From contig CM074816.1 of NCBI GenBank assembly GCA_037447605.1, positions 1,007,873 through 1,071,872 on the forward strand: a DNA stretch of 64,000 nt. The letters run 5' to 3'. The translations under genes and the position numbers were made by a program. This stretch comes from Zygnema circumcarinatum SAG 698-1b (lineage: Eukaryota > Plantae > Zygnematophyceae). Numbering within the stretch: position 1 is the first letter of the stretch; the number at the start of each line of letters is the position of its first letter. The notes beneath the pieces are model-generated. The model ran no database searches and was not told where the DNA came from. It worked only from the letters and a program-made list of their open reading frames with translations. This document shows positions 11,884 through 24,200 of the stretch, piece after piece.

Positions 11884-12163
11884 GACGTCACGCTGACGCG
11901 ATTTTCGCCAGTATTTTCTTCGCTCGTCCATTTCGGCGCCTCTTTTGGGTGCGAACAAAATCGTGCGAAGAAGTGCCCTTTTTAGTAAACCCCACGGGTC
12001 AATCTTCGTAACGTTGACCCGTTGACTTAGCACAGTTGACTTCCGTTCGGTTCGGTTTAGGTTCGGGGGCGCGATGATTTTTAGTACTTAGTAACCTCGA
12101 TTCTCGTAATACTAAAAACTCGATATTCGTAACATTTTGTTAAGTCTGACACCCCCTATTGTA

Positions 12164-12750
12164 CAGTAGGACCCCGTCATATTTTCCACCTACATTTGGC
12201 AAAAATCGGGCGAAAATATTGTATTTGGCAAATATAAGGTCCGTGTTACCAATAGGCGAGCGGAATTATGTTAGAGTTCATGTATGTTCGTACGTATCGT
12301 ATCGCATCATATCGTATCGTTTTCTGTCATATCGCACCGCATCGTGCCGTATCGTATCGTGGCTAACCGCATACAGTACATGAAGCACGCCTTAGCGTTT
12401 ACTGAGGTAGCAAACCAAAAAGCTTCGACCCCGTAACGGCTACTACAGCTCGTACGGCTAGTACGGATAGTACCGTATCGGGTCGTATCGTATCGTATCG
12501 AAGCCAAAAAGAAGTGGAGAAGAGCGAGCGCCTCTTACTGCGGCACGTGCGGGGAGAATAGGTGAGTTTTGCGTAAGCCCGTGACGGCTAGTACAGCTAG
12601 TACGGGAAGTACGGTTAGTACGGTTAGTACGGTTAGTACGAATAGTACGGCTAACACAAGTTACCGTACAAAAAGGTGGTTTCGGCAAAATCGGGGCGAA
12701 TTTCTTGGGGACGCACTTTTGATGGTGGAAAATATGACGGGGTCCTACTG
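12164..12750. mobile_element. Complete 587-bp MITE, Tc1/mariner(pogo)-type
   Basis: Perfect 27-bp TIRs CAGTAGGACCCCGTCATATTTTCCACC, TA duplication, internal TATCG and GTACGG repeats, no transposase. Confidence 0.93.
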
Positions 12751-12756
12751 TACTGT

Positions 12757-15700
12757 AGTGTAGGAAACTGTACGGACATAGTCACGCGTGTCGAGTGTTT
12801 CGCAAGTGGTGCGAATCCCAAGACCCTTTGATCGTATGGTTCATCATGTTATGTTTTTGGCGGCGAGGTTTAGGAAGGACATGTATAAGACTACTGTTTT
12901 CTGTATCTTTGTCAACTGGACCTTTTGAGGGAAGCATAGGATGCTTGAGCTCTTTTTCTATTTTGGAATAAAGTTTTTGTGGATATATGTGTTGTTCCAT
13001 GTATGATTGAGACTCTTGAAAATGTCTAGGAAAGGAAAGGCTTCTAAAGATGAGATAAAAGATACTGAGAGAGAGAGAAATAGGGTCAAGTTCTACAAGT
13101 GGTATTAGAGCAGGACATGATGATATGGAAAAATATTCAGTCACTTTGTTTGATGGGACAAATTAACTTTCTTGGAGTCAAAACATGGAGGCAGTGTTCG
13201 AAGTGAAGGAGTTGATGGAGTTGGTGGATGGCACAAAAGCCATACCAGATGTAGAGAAAGAGCTCGAGTAGTTTGCAAATTGAAAGAAGAAAAACGATAA
13301 AGCAAAAGCTTTAATTCTCACTTCAATGAAAACCCTACATAGAATAGCACTTAGAGGATTAACAACGAAAAAAATATAGACAAAGCTCCTAAACATTTAC
13401 TCATAAAAAACGCAGCACATGGGATAGTAGCATATGTAGAGTTTACATCTATCAAGATGAGGGAGACAAAAACTCTAGATAACCACAATATCAGATTTGA
13501 CAGTGAATTGAAAATACTAACTGAAATCGACAAATCTATCTTAGAAAACGACTAGGCCTATATGTATCTTCAAGTGTAGGTAGCTGTTACACTTGTAATC
13601 GCCTTGGATATTCAGCAAAGAATTGCATGAGTAAAAGAATTGCAAATTCTGTTATCACTAAACAAAATAACGCCTATGCTATAAAATTTTGAGTTGCCCC
13701 AACAACTACCTCTCTATCAAAAAATCAGATTGGATTATAGATTGAGAGGCTAGTACTCACGTTATTTGGAAATGGAACACTCTCGGAGAACCCTTGATCC
13801 TTACATTGTAGAAGCTCACTATTTTTAATGTAGTCATTAAGCTGTCAAGAGCAATTTTTAAAACACACTTTTTTATACAACCTTTTTCCTTCCACTTTTT
13901 TCTCTGTCCCCCTTCTCACTCTCTTTAACACCGGCTCCATCTCTCTCCCCTTTCTCTCTTCTTCTTATGCATTTTGCTATTCGAGCAACGACCAAAGCAA
14001 GCAGCCCATAGTGAAACAGCTTACAAAAACAAAAAATAACATGCAAAAATTGGTCTCATACACAGTAATAGTTAGACAACGACATCCACAATAAAAAATT
14101 TGACATCGTTAATATAAAAATTGATATTCATTCAACAATGAATGTCAAGGAGCACAAAATTTACAAACTGCGAGTTTGGCTCACTTGTTGGACACAGTTT
14201 GACCTCTCTTTTAAGGTAAGCTGCACCCAATAATAAATCTTACCTTAAAAAAAAAAAAAATGTAACTTAAACCTTGAATCCTGACCAAATCTGACCTTGA
14301 CTCCAACCACCCACTGTGGACACCCGCGCGAGAGAGAGAGTCTCTCTCTTTTGACTTCCTCTACAACGAAGGACCAAAAGAAAAATTTCAAGAAAAAAAA
14401 AAAAAAAAAATATTTATTATCGCATTTCAACTCCACGACGACAAAGAGGAAGATTTCTCATGAGGAGTGCAGACTGCTACGACGGATCCAAAATGATTTG
14501 CTGTACAAGTAAAACAGAATTTTCTGTTAGAACTTATTGCTAAGGCAAGGATGTTAAAAAGCTGGAAAACAATCATGCATTCTTTTAGTAAAAGGAGACA
14601 ACAAACCAGCTCCAATCCTCTGCAATAGATAAAATTGCAACTCGACTAAAGAATGGAAGTCTTACTTGTTAGATTTGTTGCTTTGCACCTTTAATTCGCT
14701 CGCCTTGTTCACTTATCAAATGTGCCTTTCATTTTTTTGGGCTGGCATCCAAACGTGCTTATCTATTTTGTGGGCATTAACCACTATGGTGCGAAAAAGG
14801 CGTTGGGCAGGCAATCCATCATGAGCGGCGGCCATTGTGTCACTCTAAAAGAGGGCGAGAAATTCAGCACGGGCAGCGACAGTGGCGAGAACTCCTCAAT
14901 CTTACCTCCAACCGATACCTACACGGCCTAGCTATTTGTTGTAACCCTTAAAAAGGCAACTATAATTGTAGGTATTAGGCCATACAATTGGAGCCTAGAA
15001 TGAGAAGCTGGATGATGTATTTCAGAAAAATAGATATAGGCAATTACAAAAAAACTCTTTAGTTTACACCAAAGGAAAAAGAGAGAATTGGATCGTCATT
15101 GGAATCTATGTAGACGATCTCATCATTGTCAGTAATTCTATATCAAGTATTGCAACATTGAAGAAGATGCTTTCGCAGAATTTTAAAATGTCAGACATTG
15201 AAGAGGCAAAATTTCTACTCGGAATTCAGATTAAGAGAGGGCAAGATGGTAAGATCTTACTTACTCAAGAGTAGTATGCAAAAAATGTTTTGAAAAAGTT
15301 TCAACTACTGGATGCATGCCCATGTCCATCACCGATGGATCTTAGCATGAAGCTTTCAGCAAATGATTACCCCAAGAGTGTTCCATATCGACAGGCTATC
15401 GGGAGCTTAATGTACCTATGTAGAGGAGGCAGGGGTTCGTTACAACCTAACTACAGGCACTACTACCGACTACTAGTCGGTTCTTAAACAATCTTGAATA
15501 TGCACATTGGGAAGCAGGTAAAAGAATCTTTCGTTATGTGAAAGGGACAGGAGGGTATGGATTGTCGTTTAGTTTTAATGAGTCTACTCAGGTGTATGGT
15601 TACTCAGACGCTGATCGGGGAAGAGACGTTGATATTGGTAGGTTCACTTTAGGATATGTGTTTTTGTGTGGAGGTTGTATCACATGGAACTCAGAGTTAC

Positions 15701-16326
15701 AAGAGTCAGTAGCGCTGTTTAATACGGAGTCAGAGTACATGGTAGCATGTCATGTGACAAAGGAGGCTATTTGGCTCAAGATGTTCTTTCAAGAGTGTGA
15801 ATTTACATTTGCAGTTGCCTTTTAATAATAAAGCACTTAAGTGGGTACCAAGAGGTCCAAAGTTCGAACCCTGTTGATGACCGGGCTTATTATAGCACAT
15901 GTGTTCAATTGGTAGGAATGATGTAAAAAAAGCACACTCAAACAAGAATTTGTTGAGATCCATATAATCGGATCATAAAACTAGTGTACAAAATTGTACA
16001 GACGTATTCACACATGTCGAGTGTTTAGCAATTGGTGTGAATCCCACGACCCTTTGATCAAATGGTTCATATTGTTCATCATGTTATGCTTTTGGTAGCG
16101 AAGTTTAGGAAGGACATGTATAAGACTATTGTTTTTTGTGTCTTTGTCAACCAAAGCTTTGAGGGAAGCATAGGATTCTTGAGCTCTTGTTCTATTTTGG
16201 AATAAAGTTTTTGTAGATATAGTGCTATTCCATGTATGATTGAGACTCTTGAAAATGTCTACGAAAGGAAAGGCTTTTAAGGATGAGATAGAAGATACTA
16301 AGAGAGAAATAATTCCCAGTCCTACA
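12757..16326 (+). mobile_element. Degenerate, internally deleted copia of the same family as 2038-6279
   Basis: 5'-truncated LTR to 13097; PBS TGGTATTAGAGC 13100-13111; decayed gag to ~13600; decayed RT/RNase H ~14990-15930; 3' LTR 15951-16326. Confidence 0.85.
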
Positions 16327-16878
16327 TCGCCATCATGAGATCAATGCCATATCCATTGTACCTAAACCCTAAATCTCGAGGATCCTAAGGATTCTCGAGT
16401 AATCCTAAGGATTCCACCCAAGTTTGACGAGTACCACCCCCAGATACAGTCCATTGTGGCTGCCACAAATGGCTTCTTCTTGCATTCACTTTGTCACGCA
16501 TGCAAGGTTCAACTTGTCGTTCAAGGCGCCATTCCTTCCTACAGTGCTACATCTCAAACTGCGGATGAAAAGGCGGTTCGGAAAGAGCCTAACTCGCTGC
16601 ACCCCACCGACCCCAAAGTGGTCAAGTCAATGCAGAACCAGGTTCGCCATCCAAAAGGAAAAAAGTTAATCGTAGACCACTGAGCTCTAATATGCAATGA
16701 GTCGAGCACCTCTGATATGTCATGGGGGCCCGTGTGAATTGTCCTAGTATTTAAGGCTTATGTCCTGGCTGTGGTACCTTCCGCCAGGGTTCCCATAAAG
16801 ATAAATGTTCACCCATTGATACATTGCGCATGCAGATTAAAAATGAAGCTGGACGAGGTGTCTAAACAAATATCTTAC

Positions 16879-18259
16879 GTGGTGGTGGAGGACCTGGAGG
16901 TTTCTTTGGTGCTGGTGAGGAAGGACGAGGCAGTGGTGAAGGAGGAGGCCTTGGCGGTGAACGAGGGGGCTTTGGAGGTGGAGATGGTCGTGGCGGGGGT
17001 GAAGGTGGCCTTGGCGGAGATGGCGGAGGTCGTGGAGGTTTTGGTGGTGATGGAGGAGGCTTTGGAGGCCTCGGTGGTGAGGGTGGTTTTGGAGGTGAGG
17101 GCGGTGGCCGTGGCCGAGGACTTGGTGGAGGAGGAGGTGGTGGAGAAGGAGGGCTTGGGGATGGTGGTGGTGAAGGAGGAGGAGGAGGTCTTGGGGGTGG
17201 TGGTGGTGAAGGAGGAGGAGGAGGACTTGGGGATGGTGGTGGTGAAGGAGGAGGAGGAGGTCTTGGGGGTGGTGGTGGTGAAGGAGGAGGAGGAGGACTT
17301 GGGGATGGTGGTGGTGAAGGAGGAGGAGGAGGACTTGGGGGTGGTGGTGGTGAAGGAGGAGGAGGAGGACTTGGGGGGTGGTGAAGGAGGAGGAGGGTGG
17401 TGGTGAAGGAGGAGGAGGAGGACTTGGGGGTGGTGGTGGTGAAGGAGGAGGAGGACTTGGGGGTGGTGGTGGTGAAGGAGGAGGAGGAGGACTTGGGGGT
17501 GGTGGTGGTGAAGGAGGAGGAGGAGGATATGGTGGTGATGGTGGAGGTGAGGGTGGTGGTGGTCTTGGTGGGGGATGGGGAGGTCGTGGAGGCCTTGGTG
17601 GTGGACGAGGGGGCTTTGGAGGTGGAGATGGTCGTGGCGGGGGTGAAGGTGGCCTTGGCGGGGATGGCGGAGGTCTTGGAGGTTTTGGAGGAGATGGCGG
17701 AGGTCTTGGAGGTTTTGGAGGAGATGGCGGAGGTCGTGGAGGTTTTGGTGGAGATGGGGGCGGCCTTGGAGGCCTGGGAGGTTGAGGAGGTGCGGGTGGA
17801 GGTCGTGGGGGAGGACGAGGCGGAGGAGCTGGGGGTGGTGAAGGAGGGCGGGGCGCTGGTGGTGGTGCACGTGGGGGTGAAGGTCGTGGTGGTGGAGGTC
17901 TCGGAAGTGATGGTGGCAATGAGAACAGTGGAGCCGGCGGGAGTGACGGCGTAGGTGTCGTCGAGGGAGGCGAGTGGCTGATGGGTGGAGGGTTAGAAGG
18001 TGGGAGGCGCGGAGTTGATCTGGATGTATATGCCAAAGTGAATGAGGAAGAGGAGGTATAATCAAGAATACTGACATAGTCAGTGGCCGGTTTGCTTCCA
18101 TCGAGTGCAACATAAGTTGTCCATGCGTTGAATGGAAGAAGAATTTGTGTTCCATCAGCGCGGTAAACAGCTGACAAGGTCCATCTATTAGAAGGGAAGC
18201 CCACAGGTGACTTTAGCTTTATGTATTGCCATGTGCCATCGCCAACACTCAGATTGCCC
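16879..18259 (-). CDS. Exon 14: end of core plus second extensin-like Pro-rich rod
   Basis: GTWQYIKLKSP..LSAVYRADGTQILLPFNAWTT..SILDY followed by SP3-SP5 and PPRPPPSPPK repeats; strong donor C|GTAAGA at 16878; frame slip in the 33-nt repeat near 17380. Confidence 0.8.
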
Positions 18260-21200
18260 CTGAAAACAAGTGAACAGATGTCAAACATGGGGGTCAGCAA
18301 AACGCGAACAAATGCTCCACAACCAGCAAGTTTGACAAGGATTTGGATAAACTTTGAACTACCATACTAGTAATATAAATCACATCGGGCTTTCACATTC
18401 GTTAGCAACATAGATTCCTCAGTCAATCCTTATAAGTTGACAGGGATACATGGAAAGCCATGCGTCAAATTGTCAAGGCTTGAATAGCACCTGATGATAG
18501 ACACAACTTGGGTGTACGACGCGTCTCCCGGTCCAAGGATCGGACTCCCAAGTATGATATTGGTGGCTGAAACCGTGAAGACAGGTAGCACTACGTTGCC
18601 TTTACTGCTGTGGATCCTGTCGGGAATGAGATCAACATCCGGCACTTGATCCACCAGAAAGTCCGGGTATTCGTCGACGTTGCTTTCGTCCACCATCATA
18701 ACAACGTGAACAAGGTCAAACAAATCCACTGACTGCATTACCGACAATGAGGGCTCGCCCAGTGGGTTCACAGAGGAGAAGGTCGCATTCACGCCCACAA
18801 CTGACCCTGCAGGCTGCTCTGGATGAGCCACCGAACCTCGGTTGTACCAAGAGGAGGAATGTCGCCAACGGTCAATGCGAAGGCATTCTGAACTATCGAG
18901 TTCCCGAGGAGGGCGTCAACAATGGAGAAAGTCACAAGAAGACCCTTCTTGTTAGCGGTGATTGTTGGTTGAAGGGACTGGGCCTTTACTTGCTTTGCAA
19001 TTCCGGCACCGGAGTTGTATAGGAGGAGACCCAGAGTTGCAGGAACGGCAGGTTCCACCTGACATACCCGATTCGCGATTTAGTAATCAGAGCCCAAACA
19101 CTCTTTTCATAAGTCATCAAAGTAGTGAGCTCGTTAGCCCTACTTCAAGTCCATTTCATTTCCAAGATTCGGCACTATTAAAGAAATGACATAACAAATG
19201 TTGATCCACAATTCCACATGAGGATACACATCGCACTATAATACCATGAAAACGCTTCAATACTAATATCTCCTAAGGATAATCGAAATGAGATGATTTA
19301 CCAGTACTGAAACGAAAGAGGAGAGAGCGTGTTTGAATGTTACCTCGGAAGTAAAGGGATTGTCCCCAATGACAGTGCGCTCTATGAAGTACTTGAGCGA
19401 CAGTTGAGGCTTTGGCTCAACCGTTATCTGGACAGGCGTCAGAGAGTACTCCACAGCTGAATCTTGGTCAAAGCCTTCCACGTTGTATGACAGAGTTCCG
19501 CCTATGAAGTACGTTGTGGGTCCAACTGGAGCAGCTTCTGCACGCGCTGCAATCAGCCAGTCTGCAGATCCTGATGTCTCCCCGGAGAGTGTTCCTGTGA
19601 CAACATGCCAACATGCCAACACTTGAAAAGTCTATTCCAAGCCGAATCCTTCAGACTAAGCGGTGGAGTTATAGCTTTAGAGCCAGGTGTAAAATTATTT
19701 TTGTCATCGAAAGTGTTCAGCCTCTACTTTTCTAGCTTGGAAAGGAGGAAATGGGTCCAAGAAGTTCAACATCCTCTTATAAAACCCTGTTTGGCTATCT
19801 TTTGTATGGAGTATAATCCAAGAGATGTAGAAATTTTGGGGGCAATGATCCGAGAGAAGGATGAACCTGTTCCGTTGAGAGCCGTGATGCCCGTAAGCTC
19901 CAGCTTACCCACAACAAAGAGCCCATTCACATTGTTACCATCCGCGTCTGTGAATGAGAGGGTCACGGAGATCTGAATGAGCGCTTGCGGAGCGGAATTA
20001 GTCAGTTGGAGCTGAGCTTCAACCTGTTCATTAAGAAAAGGCAAAACAGGAAGCCCATCAATCGTCAGCTTAAAATAATTTTTGAGAAACCTCACCCCAA
20101 ATCTCTACATTTAACCATTCCCTCTTTAAGAGCTGGCTGAAAAGGAAGTACCGCTGCATCGGTGATGAAAATTGTCTGCTTGACGACCACTGAGACTTCC
20201 GCGCATGTTCCTGATTGGTCCTCCGACTCCACGAGCTCAAGAAACGCGTCCAGGAAGGCGTGAGAGGCCGTAAGATAACCTTGAGAACGGACTATCCGGG
20301 TATTGTTTAAAAAGCTTGCATACAACGATTGCACCTTCGCCACATTCATCGCTGGGTTTCCAGGCGTCACTGAAGCAGGGTTCCATCCTAAAGCACGTAA
20401 GAGTTACAGAGAGAACGTCGTTGAATTGGTTAGTTCCCAATCTCAACTTTTCTCCTTGTTTCTCTTGACTTTGGCCCGGCTATTTTGAACAAGAAACATA
20501 ATCTGCTCATGATCTCGCTGTCATTTTCAGACTGGTTTTTCCTCAAACATCATAGATCTAAACTTTCTAGAAAGTAGAGAGTGATCACAGACTAGATAGG
20601 GAAAATGCAAAATGGGTCGTAAGCCAGTGTCTCATGTGTGACTGTAGCCACGTATGTGAAAGCCGGAGCTTTTACAACGCCATACAAGAGGCACTCACCT
20701 CCATTCCATCTCTCAATGAATCGTCGTCGATAATTAACAGCCACATATGAGTCATACATTGCACTCTCAAGCTGAGTTTGCTCCATGGACGAGATAAGTA
20801 TGCCGCTTTCCGAGCTGTCCCCAACAAACGTGGTGAATAGAGCCGTCCAATTTTCGCTCACAGTGAAATCTTGAGTAGTGTTGAGCCACTCAGGGGCATC
20901 ATCTGCCCCAAAGTACTCGTCAAAAAGGTCGACCTCCACCTGTGCAAGGCCTGCACAGCGTTTCAAGAAGCAAAATCTTTAGTATTCGGCTCCTTCGCCG
21001 TTATCGTTTTCTCCTGAAAACGCAATAAATCGGATCGAATCCGTTTGTTCGGTTGCAATGCTTAGGCTAGAGTATGTTGATTTCTCTTTTCGCGAGGAAG
21101 GACGTCGACTCAAGATTTCACATTACACGCTAATACACTCCATTGCTGGCTTTATACTCGTGTCCATACGTTCATATTGTCTTTAGAATTTCACCCTGAA

Positions 21201-24200
21201 TTATCCAACTCTGCTAATTATACGTGGTTTCAACCACTAAAATAGGCAGGCCTCAAGCATTACGGCATCACAATTGCTTGCATCTGGCACATGTGGATCA
21301 ATCCTTCCACTTTTCCTTGGCATTCAAAACATGAGATTAAAGTCAAATCCCTTATGGGATCCATTATGGCATATGGGAGTTAAATTTAGGTTTAAGCGCT
21401 CGTTGCAGCAGTTGGCATGGCCCAGTAATACGAGCACATTTTGTGACAACTCTTGCATCTGGGAGTACAAGGTTGCCTGTGCACCTTGATAGTACTTCAC
21501 AACCTTCGCAGCCGGAGTGTTCAAGTCGACAAAGCCCCCAGAAGAAAGTTGAAGAAGCTTCCTTTGCGCACCGCTACCACTTGCGCCATTGTTTATGCCG
21601 GCGAAGAAGCAACTCACCAATCCTTTGGCAATGCACTTATAGAATAGGTTTGGAATCAAACTGACTACAGCCTCAACAACAACTTGATAGCAGTTAATAA
21701 CAAGTGTCCTGGAGGAAATCACTGGAGTGAATAAGTCGTCGCGGATTGAGTTTGAACAGCGCACGCTCTTGACGTTACTTGCAAGATTCGATGCGCCTTT
21801 CGCAACCTCTAAACCATTGTTGGCCTTAACCGGAATAAGTTTCTGAATGTATGTGATGACAAACTTGAATTGTCCAAAAACCATACATTTAGCAAATGCC
21901 TTGATGCCTGCGTCAATGCACTTGTTGCAGTTGAACGGAATGGTTGCCTGTTGAGGACAAAAAAAGAGGATTTAAAGAAGAATCGCAACATTAGTTTAGT
22001 GACGCCTGGCCAACTTGTTACGCAAATGGTAAACTTCAATTATTACTGCCCGTATGAAAGACACTAGAATATTTTTTTCACAATACAAGCTACCACTAAT
22101 ATACATGGATAAATGCTCTGTTAAAATTGAAACATAACATGAGTGCAAGCTTTCTAAATTTGAAGTACCTGAACAGGATATTCTTGTGCAGTTATCTCTC
22201 CCCCTCCTCCCTCTCCTCCCGTTCCTGAGAATGTGGAGGGCTGTAACGGGCAGGCCTTGGCACCAACTACTGTGAAAGTTATGTCACAAATTATTCCATC
22301 GCATGGGTAGCACCACCGCACTCTGATGGCAACCACATTGCATGTTCCAGTGCTGCAGAAAAAAGACAATGTTCACAAAAGCATTTATGAGTCAATTTTC
22401 ACATTCTAATGTCACAACAAAGGGAAGCCTTGAACTAAAAAGAGCGAAGGACGTGGTAAAACTATTGAAGCCATCGTGGAACTTCAAAATTCAAGAGATT
22501 AGGGCCTGACTTTAACATCAATACCATAAAAACGATGCAGCCTTTCTCTGAAATATTGTTCGTTTGAGCACAGGGACAAAGCGAGAGAGGGAGAGAGAAT
22601 GAGGGTGGGGGGAGGGGAATAAGATTACCTGGTGGAAGATGCGCGAGACACAGAACTCAAGTGTGGGGCCTTAAGCCTTGCCACTACTGGAATGAGCACA
22701 CTGGTCAATGCCGGCAGTACGTCAATCATTGTGTTGACTTCCGGTATGAATTCAAAGTTGGGGTCATCGCTCGGTAGTACCAATTCCGTGGCCAGAGCTG
22801 CGATCAAGCGAAAAAAAAAAAAAAAAATTGCCAGAAATAACAAGGGAAAGTGTATTTAAAAACTTCCTGTCCTCAAGCGAGATCAACAACAGTCGGCCTG
22901 AATAAAGATCGCATGGACGGCCTCAATACACCCTTCTTCCTTTGCCATGGCAATGGTTAGTTAAGGCAGGGTGATGTCGCACCTGCAATGAGTCCCACGT
23001 TTGTAATGTTGTACACAATCCTTTGGGTCGCCACCAGATCATCGTATGAAATGTAACTTGGCTCTACAATCACAACAGGAGCTGGAACTCTGCACAATCC
23101 ATGTCACCAAATAGTTAGAATGAAACATTTTTTCTGACACTGTTGACAAAGGACAGGATGGTCCACATCCAATAACAACAGTCTTTAGGATTTGGCATTT
23201 CCCGGACAAAAGATTGTTTTGGCCGGCACTGAGCTAAGGGAAAAAAGGAAAACACCTGGTAGAGAAGACCAAAGTGAGCTCCACACTGTTCACCTCCTCA
23301 AAGCTTGTCGGCACAACAGTGAAGGCCACCGTCACAAGGTCACGCTTTAAGAAGAGAGAAATGATTTGAGGTGTCCCATCCGCATACTTTAACTGCATAG
23401 TCATCCAGCTCAAGGTAAAGAAGTTGGGCACTTGAGAAAGAACGCTGGGCAAGACTCAATCACCTATTATAACCTTCGATGGCAATGAAAGAAGCAAAAT
23501 ACAACAGGTAAAGGTGCAGGAAGCGGAGGTCCATACCTTTGTACCTATTCTGTGTTTTGGGGCTGAGCCTTTGATCGTGTACAAGCCTTCTACAAGTCCA
23601 GCGAACGTGACCGTTCCATTTGAAGGCGATACTTTGCTGGAAATAACAGCACCTTCAGTATCGAAAAGTGTGACAGTTGCACCTTCCAACAAAGGTGATC
23701 CGGGAGCAAAAAATGTGTACTCGTCTTGAACTTGCACAACAAAAGATGAAGTTCCAAGAGTTGAGTTGGTCACGACGACAATCTGAATAGGAACTTGAAG
23801 AGATTGGATACCCGACCCCACTGAGAGAAACGTAGAGATGGTGAGACCTGGTTGGGCATCGATTGGGACTGCTCCAAGCAAAGTCACAGATGTCACCCCT
23901 CCGGGTGGAATTGGCGGAAGCGGAGAAGGAGTAGCGAGTGAAATGAATGAGCCAGAAGAGTCGATGGAGAGAGGAATGACAGTTGATGTTTGTACCACGT
24001 CCGTATTGGAAATTGAGACAGTGAAGGTAACAACTGCTCCCGGAAGTGACGTTCTGGACAAGGTAGATGGTGAAGCTTGCAATTTTGTGGAGGCTACTTC
24101 AGCTTTCACAAGGAAGGAAAAAGAGTTTTTGGCTCCTTCAGTGCATGTGACGTTGAAAGTTGCCACTTGAAGGCCAGAAGTAGCAGAAGCTTGGTTGGCA

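Larger units (their letters stand above)
6853..12156 (+). mobile_element. TIR-bounded DNA-transposon segment, PIF/Harbinger-like (two gaps inside)
   Basis: 17-bp TIRs (GGGCGTGTCAGACTTAA 6853-6869; TTAAGTCTGACACCCCC 12140-12156; 16/17 match) with TA on both outer sides. Subterminal TTCGCA motifs on the left and TGCGAA motifs on the right. Confidence 0.6.

Noticed and set aside
12290-12660. Short periodic repeats as a CRISPR-like array
   Set aside because: 5-9-nt MITE-internal repeats with no unique spacers; eukaryotic context and no cas genes.
16375-16410. 11-bp hairpin CTCGAGGATCC-TAA-GGATTCTCGAG as a Helitron end
   Set aside because: No properly placed CTRR terminus and no matching 5' end found.
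16771-17954. Plus-strand Val/Glu- and Gly-rich ORFs
   Set aside because: Antisense shadows of the Pro-rich exon; the same applies at 25368-25846.
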